DNA of 64,000 nucleotides. Source: an uncultured Pelagibacteraceae bacterium. Lineage in GTDB: Bacteria > Pseudomonadota > Alphaproteobacteria > Pelagibacterales > Pelagibacteraceae. Below, one piece after another: positions 1 through 10,219 of the stretch. Where the stretch lies: the NCBI GenBank assembly GCA_902579215.1, contig CACHGH010000002.1:36494-100493 (forward strand), read 5' to 3'. The translations under genes and the position numbers were made by a program. Numbering within the stretch: the stretch's first letter is position 1; each line of letters starts with the position of its first letter. The notes under the pieces are model-generated. The model had not been told where the DNA came from. It ran no database searches and was given only the letters and a program-made list of their open reading frames with translations.

Positions 1-60
1 TGGAAGAATATTATTTGGTCTTATATAGAATACGAGTATAGGAATTTCAAAAAAAAATAA
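1..60 (+). CDS. Possible 3' end of an unidentified CDS entering from the left (…WKNIIWSYIEYEYRNFKKK*)
   Basis: Frame 1 is open from base 1 to TAA at 58-60, directly abutting the rpmG stop. Too short to identify. Confidence 0.35.
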   Translation, partial: WKNIIWSYIEYEYRNFKKK

Positions 61-252
61 TTATTTACTGTGTGGGGGCAACTTTTTTTCTACAAAAACT
101 TCATGCTTTCTAGTTGAGGGATTGTATTTTTTAGCTTTAAGTTTCACCTTTGCTTTTTCACCACCTGCCGGTTTTTTTACATAATAAAAAAAAGGACTAT
201 CTGGTTTTCCTTCAGGAACTAGACGAACTTTAACATGTGTTTTTTTTGCCAT
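61..252 (-). CDS. rpmG: 50S ribosomal protein L33, Cys-free form
   Basis: MAKK..VRLV…FYYVKK…KLKAKKYNP..RKHEVFVEKK pattern of bL33. Confidence 0.85.
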   Translation of the reverse strand: MAKKTHVKVRLVPEGKPDSPFFYYVKKPAGGEKAKVKLKAKKYNPSTRKHEVFVEKKLPPHSK

Positions 253-253
253 T

Positions 254-631
254 TTATTTTAATTTTTTTAATTCTTTTACTAAATTAGAAATTTTTTTTA
301 ATTTATTTTTAATCTTAATATTGTCGATACTTATAGATTTATTTGAAAAATCGTCAAGGTTTAAAGAATGATTATCATTTAAAGCTTTTTTTACACCATT
401 GATTGTCATTCCTTGTTCTTTTAATAAATATTTAATTTTTTTTAATGTTTGAATTGCATCATTATCATAATACCTACGGTTGCCAGCTAAAATTTTTGGT
501 TTAATTTGTTTAAATTCTTTTTCCCAAAATCTTATAGTGTGAGTATTAAGATTGCCATTTTTTTGATTTACAAGATTCAGGATTTTAGCAACCTCGCCAA
601 TTGATTTATAAGCACTATCAGTTTTTGTCAT
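254..631 (-). CDS. MerR-family HTH transcriptional regulator
   Basis: YKSIGEVAK…HTIRFWEKEF…RRYY; canonical position after ihfA in alphaproteobacteria. Confidence 0.9.
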   Translation of the reverse strand: MTKTDSAYKSIGEVAKILNLVNQKNGNLNTHTIRFWEKEFKQIKPKILAGNRRYYDNDAIQTLKKIKYLLKEQGMTINGVKKALNDNHSLNLDDFSNKSISIDNIKIKNKLKKISNLVKELKKLK

Positions 632-922
632 TTATTTAGAATTTATATAGTTTTTAAATTCTTTTGAGGGTTTAAATAAAATTACATTTCTAGATGAAAT
701 AACTTTATTTTCTTTAGTTAATGGATTTCTTCCAATTCTACTTTTTTTAGTTCTTAGTGAAAAAGTTCCAAATTTAGAAATTTTTAAAATTTTATTTTTT
801 TTTAAATTATCAATTATTGTTTCTAAAAAATCATCAAGTAGATTTTCTGATAAATTTTTAGAAAAACCAATTTGCATATAAATAGAATTAATTAAGTCTT
901 TTTTTGTTAAATTAATTTTCAT
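632..922 (-). CDS. ihfA: Integration host factor subunit alpha
   Basis: LTKKDL…KISKFGTF…RIGRNPLT…FKPS HU/IHF motifs. ATG at 922 preferred over the ORF-track start. Confidence 0.88.
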   Translation of the reverse strand: MKINLTKKDLINSIYMQIGFSKNLSENLLDDFLETIIDNLKKNKILKISKFGTFSLRTKKSRIGRNPLTKENKVISSRNVILFKPSKEFKNYINSK

Positions 923-1928
923 ATTTGGTAATATTACTTCTGATTTTATCAATTAAATTTCCTTCGACTATTTTTGAAGAAACCCTCAAGGAGTTTGAAA
1001 AACCTATGTAATCAGTTCCTCCATGACTCTTAACTACCGGTGAGTTCAAACCTAATAAGATTGCACCATTATATAATCGTGGATCTAATCTTTTTTTAAA
1101 TTTTTTAAGTCTAACCATATTTAGTATTGATGATAACTTCCCAATTACTGTATCACTTAAAGCATCTTTTAGCTCATCTGTAATAAAGTTAGCAGTACCT
1201 TCAGCAGTTTTTAATGCAACGTTTCCTGTAAACCCATCTGCTACAATTACATTTACTTCACCATTCATTAATTGATTGCCTTCTATAAAACCTTTAAATT
1301 CATAGTTTGGATTTTTTTTGGTATTAAGTTTTTGGTATGTGTTTTTCAATATTTCATTTCCTTTCATTTCCTCAGATCCTATATTTAATAATGAAACTTT
1401 TGCTTTTTCCTCTGGAAATAATGATTTAAACAATGAAGATCCCATAATAGTAAAATCAATTAAATTTTTTTCACTACATTCTATATTTGCGCCTAAATCT
1501 ATAACAACGCTCATCCCTTTTTTATTCGGCCATAAAGCAGACAAAGCTGGTTTATCTATATTTTCTATCATTGATAAATTTAATTTAGCTATAACTAGCA
1601 GTGCTCCGGTGTTGCCAGCTGAAACAACTATGTCTGCCTGTTTATTTTTTACACTTTCAATTGCAAGCCACATACTTGTATTTTTCCCTTTTTTTGCTGC
1701 TCCGAGTGGTGAGTCGGTTCCCTCAACTTTTTCCATAGTATGAAAAATTTCATAAGATTCTTCACTTAGATTGGAACCTAAACACTTTTTAATTTTTGTT
1801 TCATCGCCAAAGATCTTATAAAAACAATTTTTATTAACCTTATTATGATGAATAATTCCATCTATAACTTTATTAGGTGAATTATCACCACCCATTGCAT
1901 CTACTGCAATTGTTATTAGTTTTGACAT
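912..1928 (-). CDS. plsX: Phosphate acyltransferase PlsX
   Basis: IAVDAMGGD, SAGNTGA, DLGAN, DGFTGNVALKT, VKSHG motifs. Confidence 0.97.
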   Translation of the reverse strand: MSKLITIAVDAMGGDNSPNKVIDGIIHHNKVNKNCFYKIFGDETKIKKCLGSNLSEESYEIFHTMEKVEGTDSPLGAAKKGKNTSMWLAIESVKNKQADIVVSAGNTGALLVIAKLNLSMIENIDKPALSALWPNKKGMSVVIDLGANIECSEKNLIDFTIMGSSLFKSLFPEEKAKVSLLNIGSEEMKGNEILKNTYQKLNTKKNPNYEFKGFIEGNQLMNGEVNVIVADGFTGNVALKTAEGTANFITDELKDALSDTVIGKLSSILNMVRLKKFKKRLDPRLYNGAILLGLNSPVVKSHGGTDYIGFSNSLRVSSKIVEGNLIDKIRSNITKYEN

Positions 1929-1946
1929 TGATTTATTATAATGTAT

Positions 1947-2126
1947 TTAATCCTTAGGGTCTAAAACTTGTCTACCTTTATACATGCCAGTTTTTTGATC
2001 TAAATGGTGTGATAATCTATATTCACCTGATTTTTTATCCTCAACCACATTTTTAGGAGAAAATCTTATATGAGATCTTCTCTTTCCAGTTCTTGACGGA
2101 CTTGTTTTACGTTTGGGTACGGCCAT
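1947..2126 (-). CDS. rpmF: 50S ribosomal protein L32 (59 aa; below the ORF-track cutoff)
   Basis: Manual translation: [59 protein letters not shown]; lies upstream of plsX. Confidence 0.95.
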   Translation of the reverse strand: MAVPKRKTSPSRTGKRRSHIRFSPKNVVEDKKSGEYRLSHHLDQKTGMYKGRQVLDPKD

Positions 2127-2127
2127 T

Positions 2128-2598
2128 TTAAATTTTAAGTTTAATTACACCTTTTATCAAAGAATTTAAAGTAGTTTTTGATAATAATATCTCATATTTA
2201 TCAAAATATTTAGTTAAATCTAAGCGGCTAGTATCAAAAGGGATAAAATTTGTTAAAATTTTACTTTTATTTGTATCGTTTAAATCACTCCAATTATCAA
2301 TTTTGCTTAAAATTGAATGGAATAAATTTATGTATTCCTTCATTTTTTTATTAATTGTAACATCCCCATAACCTATTTCTCTAATACTTAATTCAATTTG
2401 TTTAAAAACATAATCATAAATTTCTTGAAGTTCTTTATTATTATCATTGGTTTTGAAAACCTTCAAAAAGAAGGCAAAATGAAATAAAAAAACAGTAAGT
2501 CTATCAGAAAATGTGTCTTTGGATTGAATATTATAGAGATCTTTATTTCTAGTTAAATTGACTAAATTATTGTAAATATTTATATATTTATAATTCAT
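2128..2598 (-). CDS. Ubiquinol-cytochrome c chaperone (Cbp3 family)
   Basis: DTFSDRL…[15 protein letters not shown]; canonical position divergent from bamE. Confidence 0.85.
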   Translation of the reverse strand: MNYKYINIYNNLVNLTRNKDLYNIQSKDTFSDRLTVFLFHFAFFLKVFKTNDNNKELQEIYDYVFKQIELSIREIGYGDVTINKKMKEYINLFHSILSKIDNWSDLNDTNKSKILTNFIPFDTSRLDLTKYFDKYEILLSKTTLNSLIKGVIKLKI

Positions 2599-3055
2599 GT
2601 ACAAATTTTTTATTATTGCTATTTTTTTTTTTATTACAAATTGTAATTTAAATAAAGTAGTAAAACATCACGGTATTCAATTTCTTGAAACTAAACAGGA
2701 AAAATTATCAATTAACAAAACTAATAAAAACGATATTCAGAAAATATTAGGTCCTCCTTCAACAAAAAGCACATTTAACAATGATGTTTGGATTTATATT
2801 GAGAGAAAAACATCAAAATCGTCATTATTCACTTTAGGCAAAAAGAAAATGATCAAAAACAATGTTTTAGTTCTTGAAATAGATAATAAAGGTTTACTTG
2901 TGAAAAAAGATTTTTTTGATATCAATGATATGAATAAATTTAACTTTTCAGAGGGAACTACTGAAAAAACCCACTCGAAAAGATCTTTTGTTTATGATTT
3001 TTTATCTAGTGTAAGACAGAAAATGAATGATCCATTGGGAAAAAGAAAAAAATAA
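2597..3055 (+). CDS. bamE: Outer membrane assembly lipoprotein BamE (SmpA/OmlA)
   Basis: Lipoprotein signal ending ITNC; ILGPPS…WIYI motif. Confidence 0.85.
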   Translation: MYKFFIIAIFFFITNCNLNKVVKHHGIQFLETKQEKLSINKTNKNDIQKILGPPSTKSTFNNDVWIYIERKTSKSSLFTLGKKKMIKNNVLVLEIDNKGLLVKKDFFDINDMNKFNFSEGTTEKTHSKRSFVYDFLSSVRQKMNDPLGKRKK

Positions 3056-3056
3056 T

Positions 3057-5162
3057 CTATCCAGCAATTACCGCCAATAACAACAAAGCAACGATATTTG
3101 TAATTTTAATCATTGGATTAACGGCTGGTCCTGCTGTATCTTTGTATGGATCACCAACTGTGTCTCCAGTTACAGCTGCTTTATGAGCGTCAGATCCCTT
3201 TCCTCCAAAATTTCCGTCCTCTATATACTTTTTGGCATTATCCCAAGCACCACCACCAGCTGTCATAGATATTGCCACGAATAAGCCAGTTATAATTACA
3301 CCAAGTAACATCGCGCCTACAGAAGACAATGCTGCTACTTGACCACCTATTGGTAAAATAAACAAGTAAAGAACTATTGGTGATAGAACTGGTAATAAAG
3401 ATGGTATTATCATTTCTTTTATAGCTGCTTTTGTTAGTAAATCAACTAATCTACCATAGTCAGGTTTAGATTTCCTTTTCATAATACCTGGAATTTTTTT
3501 AAATTGTCTTCTTACCTCAACAACTACAGCGCCTCCTGCTCTACCTACTGCCTGCATACCCATTGAACCAAAAAGGTATGGAAGCATACCACCAACTAAC
3601 AATCCAACTACTACAAATGGATTTGATAAATCGAAAGTGACAACAATTCCTTCCAGATTTGATCCTGCAACTTTAGAAAAATGTTTAATATCTTCAGTGT
3701 ATGCAGCAAATAAAACTAATGCTCCTAAACCTGCGGATCCAATTGCATACCCTTTTGTTACTGCTTTAGTAGTATTGCCAACTGCATCTAATGCGTCAGT
3801 AGTTTTTCTAACATTCTTAGGTAGATTAGACATTTCAGCTATGCCTCCTGCATTATCTGTTACAGGACCATATGCGTCTAATGCTACAACCATACCGGCT
3901 AATGCTAGCATAGTTGTTACTGCTATTGCTATACCAAAAAGTCCAGCAATATAGTTTGTTAAAAGTATTCCTCCTACAATTATTAAAGCAGGAACTGCTG
4001 TGGCTTCCATTGAAACTGCTAAACCTTGAATTACATTTGTTCCATGACCAGTTGTTGATGATGAGGCAACACTTTTTACAGGTCTATAATTGGTTCCTGT
4101 ATAATATTCAGTTACCCAAATTATTAAACCAGTAATAACTAGTCCGATAACACCACAAATATATAAACTCAAACCTGTGAATGTTTTATCATTTATAGAG
4201 TAGGTATTTTCTAAACCTAAAACATAATCAGTAATTGGATATAAAACTAACAATGACGTTATGGCTGTAACAATAAATCCCTTATATAAGGCAGCCATAA
4301 TGTTTTTGGATTTACCCAATTTAACAAAAAAAGTTCCAAATATTGAAGTTAATATACAAGCTCCTCCTATAGACAATGGATAAATCATCATATTAAGGTC
4401 TCCATGAAAAAATATTGAAGACAAGACCATAGTTGCAACTATTGTAACAGCATATGTTTCAAATAAATCTGCTGCCATTCCAGCACAATCACCTACATTA
4501 TCTCCTACGTTGTCAGCTATTACGGCAGGATTTCTAGGGTCGTCCTCTGGTATACCTGCTTCGACTTTACCAACTAAATCTGCACCTACATCAGCTCCTT
4601 TTGTAAAAATTCCACCACCTAGTCTAGCAAAAATTGAAATGAGTGATGCTCCAAAACCTAGTGCAACTAATGCATTAACTATCTCTCTCTCATCAACTCC
4701 AAATGATAATAGTAAAAAATAATATACTGCAATTGACAAAAGAGCCAAACCGGCAACTAGCATTCCTGTAACAGCTCCTGATTTAAATGCAATTGAAAGA
4801 CCTTGAGATAATCCTTTTCGAGAAGCTTCTGCTGTTCTTACGTTAGCTTGGACAGATACAAGCATACCAACATAACCTGCTATACCAGATAAAGTTGCAC
4901 CTATTAAATAACCTATACCAACTAAAATACTAAATGCGTAACTAATAATCACAAGTACAACAATTCCAACTATTCCAATTGTTTTGTATTGTCGATTTAA
5001 ATAAGCTCTAGCTCCTATCTGAATAGCAGAAGCTATTTCCTGCATCTTAGCACTGCCAGCGCTAGCACTTAAAATATTTTTACCCGTAAAAAAACCATAA
5101 ACGATTGATAGTAAACCTGCTAAAATGATTAGTTGAAGTATATTTGTTACTGATGCTTCCAT
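3057..5162 (-). CDS. hppA: Membrane-bound H+-translocating pyrophosphatase, K+-independent type
   Basis: [45 protein letters not shown] motifs. Confidence 0.96.
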   Translation of the reverse strand: MEASVTNILQLIILAGLLSIVYGFFTGKNILSASAGSAKMQEIASAIQIGARAYLNRQYKTIGIVGIVVLVIISYAFSILVGIGYLIGATLSGIAGYVGMLVSVQANVRTAEASRKGLSQGLSIAFKSGAVTGMLVAGLALLSIAVYYFLLLSFGVDEREIVNALVALGFGASLISIFARLGGGIFTKGADVGADLVGKVEAGIPEDDPRNPAVIADNVGDNVGDCAGMAADLFETYAVTIVATMVLSSIFFHGDLNMMIYPLSIGGACILTSIFGTFFVKLGKSKNIMAALYKGFIVTAITSLLVLYPITDYVLGLENTYSINDKTFTGLSLYICGVIGLVITGLIIWVTEYYTGTNYRPVKSVASSSTTGHGTNVIQGLAVSMEATAVPALIIVGGILLTNYIAGLFGIAIAVTTMLALAGMVVALDAYGPVTDNAGGIAEMSNLPKNVRKTTDALDAVGNTTKAVTKGYAIGSAGLGALVLFAAYTEDIKHFSKVAGSNLEGIVVTFDLSNPFVVVGLLVGGMLPYLFGSMGMQAVGRAGGAVVVEVRRQFKKIPGIMKRKSKPDYGRLVDLLTKAAIKEMIIPSLLPVLSPIVLYLFILPIGGQVAALSSVGAMLLGVIITGLFVAISMTAGGGAWDNAKKYIEDGNFGGKGSDAHKAAVTGDTVGDPYKDTAGPAVNPMIKITNIVALLLLAVIAG

Positions 5163-5206
5163 AATTCCTTTAATTGTATGTTATTTAGTATTTAATAAAA
5201 AAACGG

Positions 5207-5234
5207 ACATTACAAAAAAAAGGATAAAAGGCAA
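5207..5234 (-). promoter_or_regulatory. Putative sigma70 promoter of hppA
   Basis: TTGCCT-16 nt-TAATGT on the minus strand; AAGGA Shine-Dalgarno-like sequence just upstream of the ATG. Confidence 0.45.
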
Positions 5235-5245
5235 TATTTAACTTC

Positions 5246-6205
5246 TTAGAAGTTATGTGAATAACCTTTAAATTTGCCCACATTTAGAGATTTATTACCT
5301 ATTTTTAATGTATTCTTTTTATAATTACTGGTTATTTTACCAATTTTAGTTATTTTTTGATTCATTTTTTTAGAAACTAGTTTTATTAAAGATCTATTTT
5401 TTAAAGAAGAAGTAAATAGTATTTGATAATCATCGCCACTAAATAAATAGTTCTCACGTTTTTTTTTATATTTTTTTAAATAAAGTTCTAAATTATTTGA
5501 AATAGGTATTTTATTAATATCAACTTCAAAAGATAATTTTTGTTTATTTATAAGTTTAGTTAAGTCACTAATTAACCCATCAGACACATCCATAGAAGTA
5601 TTAGCAAATTTGTTTAAGAACTTATAAATTTTAAAAGGTAAATTAGGACAATAGTATTTTGATATAAAATATTTTTTTAATTTTGGTGTTATTTTAATTT
5701 TATTTTTTATTACATTTAATCCAACATAGCTATCACCTATATTTCCTGTAACATAAATATCGTCATTTAACTTAGCTTTATTTCTTTCTATAATTTTACT
5801 TGAAAAACCGATAACTGATATAGAAAAAGAAGTATTTTTAAAATTAGTAGTATCACCGCCTGATAGCTTTAAATTGTATTTATTCTGTTCTTCATTTAAT
5901 GATTTTGAAATTTTCATCAAATTTTCTTTTGTAAATTTTTTTTTATTACCACTAGCAGAAATAAAATAAAATTCTGGTTTAACGCCTTTGCAAATTAGAT
6001 CTGATATTGAAGATCTAATGATTTTTTTAATCACTAAATTTGGATATTTAAAATTTGGATAATGAGTATTTTCATTATAAGTATCAACAGATACAACTAA
6101 TTTATTTTTTTTATCAAAAAAAACATCATCGTTTAATTTTAAAGCACTTCTGTTATTTTTTGTTAATTTTTTTAGATATTTATTAATCAATGCAAATTCA
6201 TTCAT
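5246..6205 (-). CDS. thiL: Thiamine-monophosphate kinase
   Basis: MNEFALI, SDL, GGDT, MDVSDGL, GDDY motifs. Confidence 0.92.
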   Translation of the reverse strand: MNEFALINKYLKKLTKNNRSALKLNDDVFFDKKNKLVVSVDTYNENTHYPNFKYPNLVIKKIIRSSISDLICKGVKPEFYFISASGNKKKFTKENLMKISKSLNEEQNKYNLKLSGGDTTNFKNTSFSISVIGFSSKIIERNKAKLNDDIYVTGNIGDSYVGLNVIKNKIKITPKLKKYFISKYYCPNLPFKIYKFLNKFANTSMDVSDGLISDLTKLINKQKLSFEVDINKIPISNNLELYLKKYKKKRENYLFSGDDYQILFTSSLKNRSLIKLVSKKMNQKITKIGKITSNYKKNTLKIGNKSLNVGKFKGYSHNF

Positions 6206-6602
6206 TATTTATTCTAATTTTTTTTGAAATTTTATCTAATAAAGCATTTAAGTACTTTGTTTGAGACTCGTCTAAAAAAGCATTTGATGCATTTAAATAT
6301 TCTTTAATAATAATTTTTGTAGGTGTTTTGGGTTTATACAAAAGTTCATAAACAGCACATTTTATAGTAATTTGAAATAATTTATCAAGATTAGATAAAA
6401 CAAGATCTTCTTTTAAATGTTTATCTAATTCTTCAATTATTAGATCATTTCTTTCTAACGTTCCCTTAATTATATCTTTAATAAATTTCTTAAACCTGTG
6501 CTTGCCAATTTTTATATCCTCATCATTATTATAAATTTTTCCATATATATTTTGTATTATAATTACTCGTGGATTATTTTTGGGTTTGTAATTAGATCTC
6601 AT
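6198..6602 (-). CDS. nusB: Transcription antitermination factor NusB
   Basis: AVYEL…IIIKEY…YLNALLD; lies between ribH and thiL. Confidence 0.88.
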   Translation of the reverse strand: MRSNYKPKNNPRVIIIQNIYGKIYNNDEDIKIGKHRFKKFIKDIIKGTLERNDLIIEELDKHLKEDLVLSNLDKLFQITIKCAVYELLYKPKTPTKIIIKEYLNASNAFLDESQTKYLNALLDKISKKIRINNE

Positions 6603-6991
6603 TACTTTTGAGATAAAACAGATGTGACTGCGCTTGCTGCTTCACTTCCTTTCTTTTTTCTTTGTTTTGCTTGCTTAATATTTAGGCAGGTAATTACTCC
6701 ATTGCCAATGGGCTTTTTGCTGTCTATTGAAATATTCATAATTGCATCAGTAGTTGCTTTAGAAATAAAATCAAAGTGAGGAGTTTTGCCCTTAATAACG
6801 CAACCTAAAGCAATAAATCCGTCATATCGATTGATATTTTTTGCAATTGTTACAGGTATCTCAAAAACACCTGGCACATATATAATTTTAATTTTTGATA
6901 CCTTTGAAAGTTTTTTTTTTGCGCTTGCTAAAAGACCATAAGAGATATCTTTGTAGTAATTTGCAATAACTATTAAGATTTTTTTCTTCAT
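6602..6991 (-). CDS. ribH: 6,7-dimethyl-8-ribityllumazine synthase
   Basis: VPGVFEIP, ALGCVIKGKTPHFDFI. Confidence 0.95.
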   Translation of the reverse strand: MKKKILIVIANYYKDISYGLLASAKKKLSKVSKIKIIYVPGVFEIPVTIAKNINRYDGFIALGCVIKGKTPHFDFISKATTDAIMNISIDSKKPIGNGVITCLNIKQAKQRKKKGSEAASAVTSVLSQK

Positions 6992-6993
6992 TT

Positions 6994-8097
6994 TTAATTT
7001 ACTATTTCCTGTTTTCTTATCGTAATTCCATAGCCATCAAGCCCAACTACCTTTTTAGGAGATCTTGTAACTAATATCATATTTTTAATTTTAAGCGATT
7101 TAATTATTTGAGCGCCAATACCGTAATTTCTGATTAGCTTATCTTGTCCTTTTGAGTAATAATTTTTACTTTTATATTCTTTTAAAGTTTGTGAAACAGA
7201 TTTTAGATTTGTATCTCTGATAAAAACAAGGACACAGTTATTAAATTTTTTGAAATATTCTATCGTTTTGATAAATGAATTTGGTAAATTTTTCCCCATT
7301 AGGTAATTTTGAACAATATTAGAAGAAATAACTCTTACTCTTATATTTTTATTGGATCTAATATTTCCTTTAATTAGCGCAAAATTTTCAGAACCATCGA
7401 GTAAATTTTCAAAAATTTTTATAGAGTATTTTTGATTTTTTATAATAATATTATCGGTCTTTTTAAGCTTAATTAACTTTTCAACTTTCAATCTATAAGC
7501 AATTAAGTCATCAATTTTTGCGATTTTGAGATTATGGCGTTTGGCAAAATTAAAAAGTTCTTTACCTTTGGCCATCTTACCTTGATCGTTCATTATTTCA
7601 CATATTACTGCTGATGGATTCTTATTTGCTAATTTTGATATATCTACAGATGCCTCTGTATGACCAGCTCTTACTAAAACTCCACCGTCTTTAGCGATAA
7701 TTGGAAAGATATGCCCAGGTGAAACAACTTCATTTTTTTTTACATTATTTTTAATAGCAGTTTTAATTGTTGTTGATCTATCTTTAGCCGAAATACCAGT
7801 AGTGACGCCTTTTTTTGCTTCTATAGAAATAGTAAATGCTGTTTGATTTCTAGATTTATTTATTGGGGACATAAGTTGAAGGTTTAACTTTTTTGCCTGC
7901 TTGTTTGTTAATGAAAGACAAATTAAACCTCTTCCATACTTGGCCATAAAATTTATTTTTTTTTCATTTACATTAGCTGCAGGAACAACTAGATCACCCT
8001 CATTTTCTCTGTTCTCGTCATCAACAAGTATATAGATTTGACCTTTTTTGGCTGACTTAATTATACTATCGATAGAACTAAATTTACTTTTTGGCAT
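6994..8097 (-). CDS. ribB: 3,4-dihydroxy-2-butanone 4-phosphate synthase with degenerate GTP cyclohydrolase II domain (RibBX type)
   Basis: DDENRENEGDL, GLICL, RAGHTEAS, ICEIMN. The C-terminal domain has RNYGIGAQI but lacks the Zn-binding Cys. Confidence 0.92.
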   Translation of the reverse strand: MPKSKFSSIDSIIKSAKKGQIYILVDDENRENEGDLVVPAANVNEKKINFMAKYGRGLICLSLTNKQAKKLNLQLMSPINKSRNQTAFTISIEAKKGVTTGISAKDRSTTIKTAIKNNVKKNEVVSPGHIFPIIAKDGGVLVRAGHTEASVDISKLANKNPSAVICEIMNDQGKMAKGKELFNFAKRHNLKIAKIDDLIAYRLKVEKLIKLKKTDNIIIKNQKYSIKIFENLLDGSENFALIKGNIRSNKNIRVRVISSNIVQNYLMGKNLPNSFIKTIEYFKKFNNCVLVFIRDTNLKSVSQTLKEYKSKNYYSKGQDKLIRNYGIGAQIIKSLKIKNMILVTRSPKKVVGLDGYGITIRKQEIVN

Positions 8098-8677
8098 TTA
8101 AATATTTTTTTACATACTTTGATAAAATATCAATTTCTACATTAACTATAGCATTTTTTTTAAGGTTATTGAGATTAGTAAGTTTTAATGTATGGGGAAT
8201 TATCCATATTTCAAAACTTTGCTTTTTAATTTTAGAGATTGTTAAAGAAACACCATTAACTAAAATTGATGCTTTAGGTACTAAGCTATTTTTAAATTTA
8301 ACCGGTAATTTAAATTCAAAGACATTTGATTTATCTACTTTTTTAAGTTTAATAAGTTTAGCAACTGTATCAACGTGGCCTTGGCATATGTGACCTGATA
8401 TATTTTGACCAAATTTAAGAGATGGTTCTAAATTTATCTCGTTGCCTATTTTTATATGTTTAAAATTAGATTTATTTAATGTTTCCTTTGATAAATAGAA
8501 TTCAAGTATATTTTTTTTTATCGAAATTAGGGTTAAACAAACACCGTCACAACTTATAGAATCGCCAATATTATTTTTATTAAGTCTTATTGAAGACTTT
8601 AAAAAAAGATTAATTCCCTTTTTTCTTTTATCTATTCTACTTACTTTTCCTTTGTTAAATATGATTCCGTTAAACAT
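8084..8677 (-). CDS. ribE: Riboflavin synthase (alpha chain)
   Basis: MFNGII, GVCLT, GHICQGHVD, NGVSLT, NVEID. Confidence 0.95.
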   Translation of the reverse strand: MFNGIIFNKGKVSRIDKRKKGINLFLKSSIRLNKNNIGDSISCDGVCLTLISIKKNILEFYLSKETLNKSNFKHIKIGNEINLEPSLKFGQNISGHICQGHVDTVAKLIKLKKVDKSNVFEFKLPVKFKNSLVPKASILVNGVSLTISKIKKQSFEIWIIPHTLKLTNLNNLKKNAIVNVEIDILSKYVKKYLNAKK

Positions 8678-8679
8678 AA

Positions 8680-9780
8680 TTAGTAATAATGCATTAATTT
8701 ATCTTTATCTAAATAAGTATTCACATAATATTTATTTTTGAATTTTCTATTTAGTTTTGTTTTTATGTTAAAAATATTAATTTTTAATTTATTAGTAAGT
8801 TTTTTATTACTTTGAAAGAAGTAAAACTCATTAAATAAATTTTTTGATACCATTTCATTTGTTAATATACTTCCACATTCAATTAGTAAAGTATGAATTC
8901 CTAATGAATATATTTTTTTCATCATTTCTCTAAGGTCAAAATATTTATTTTTACTTATTTTAAAGTAAATTAATTTAACTCCATTTTTTTTTAAGATTTT
9001 AATTTTTTTATTATTTTTAGAGTTGTGAAAAATTATTGTTTTAGATCTAGTTGAATTTTTAGCAATATGTGAATTTGAATTTACCTTTAATTCTTTATCA
9101 ATAATTATTTTAATTGGTGAAAATTTCTCCAATCCATATAAACGACAATCTAACTTTGGATTATCTGTATTAATTGTTTTGTAGGATGTTAATATTCCCT
9201 GATTTTTAAATCTTAGCAAATGACTAATTTTTCTTGAATATTCATTAGTTATTGGTGAGTTATTTCTTGCAATATAATAATCAGATGAACAAGCAATTTT
9301 GCCTATTATGTATGGAAATTTTTTTAATTTTGCATAATTATAGCTTTTGTAAAATTTTTTCGCTTCATTGTATAGCAGTCCTGATTGGGTCAATATATTT
9401 TTTGATCCGAGAATTCGTTTGGCTTTGTTATGAGATCTATCATCTGAGTCTTTGATTGAAAAAATTACTCTTTTAACGCCAGATTTAATTAGAGCTTTTG
9501 TGCATGGCGGTGTTTTGCCATAATGCGAACAGGGTTCCAATGATAAATAAACAGTAGATCCAATATTTTTTTTTTTGTTTTTATTTAAAGCTATTGTTTC
9601 TGCGTGTGGACGACCGTTATAACTTGTCGCTCCATACGAAACTATTTCATTATTTTTAACTATTACGCATCCTACTGGTGGATTATTGCCAGTAAATCCC
9701 TCTTGGTTTCTTGCTAAGTTAATAGCAAGTTTCATATATTTTTTATCTATTGAGTTAAAATTATCTTTTTTTAAAGACAT
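8680..9780 (-). CDS. ribD: Riboflavin biosynthesis deaminase/reductase RibD
   Basis: [26 protein letters not shown] motifs. Confidence 0.93.
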   Translation of the reverse strand: MSLKKDNFNSIDKKYMKLAINLARNQEGFTGNNPPVGCVIVKNNEIVSYGATSYNGRPHAETIALNKNKKKNIGSTVYLSLEPCSHYGKTPPCTKALIKSGVKRVIFSIKDSDDRSHNKAKRILGSKNILTQSGLLYNEAKKFYKSYNYAKLKKFPYIIGKIACSSDYYIARNNSPITNEYSRKISHLLRFKNQGILTSYKTINTDNPKLDCRLYGLEKFSPIKIIIDKELKVNSNSHIAKNSTRSKTIIFHNSKNNKKIKILKKNGVKLIYFKISKNKYFDLREMMKKIYSLGIHTLLIECGSILTNEMVSKNLFNEFYFFQSNKKLTNKLKINIFNIKTKLNRKFKNKYYVNTYLDKDKLMHYY

Positions 9781-10219
9781 CAATCTTATCTACAAACTGA
9801 ACAAAGTCTTTTTCTTCCCTAAAATTTCTATAAACAGATGCAAATCTTACATATGCAACAGGATCTAATTCTTTTAAACCTTCCATAACCATGGTCCCTA
9901 TTGTGCTTGATGAAATTTCATTTTGGCCTAATTCTTCCAATGATCGAGAAATTTTAGTTATAAATTTTTCAACAGTATCTGTATCAAGTGGTCGTTTTTT
10001 TAAAGCTATGTAAATTGACTTTGCAAGCTTATCTCTATCAAAAGGAGATTTTCTCCCATTTTTTTTTACCACCATTAGCTCTCTATATTGAATTCTCTCG
10101 AAAGTAGTAAATCTTTCTCCACAACTACACAGTCTTCTTCTTCTTATAGCGGTGCCATCTTCAGTCGGACGTGAGTCGACAACTGATGTTTCGCCTTTTT
10201 TTTCACATGGACAAATCAT
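9761..10219 (-). CDS. nrdR: Transcriptional repressor NrdR
   Basis: VVDSR, IRRRR, RFTTFE, ATP cone, [10 protein letters not shown]. Confidence 0.96.
   Translation of the reverse strand: MICPCEKKGETSVVDSRPTEDGTAIRRRRLCSCGERFTTFERIQYRELMVVKKNGRKSPFDRDKLAKSIYIALKKRPLDTDTVEKFITKISRSLEELGQNEISSSTIGTMVMEGLKELDPVAYVRFASVYRNFREEKDFVQFVDKIDVFKKR

Noticed and set aside
1318-4722. Plus-strand ORFs antisense to plsX and hppA (1318-1743, 3637-3954, 3914-4135, 4510-4722)
   Set aside because: Shadow ORFs of well-conserved genes, with no recognisable motifs.
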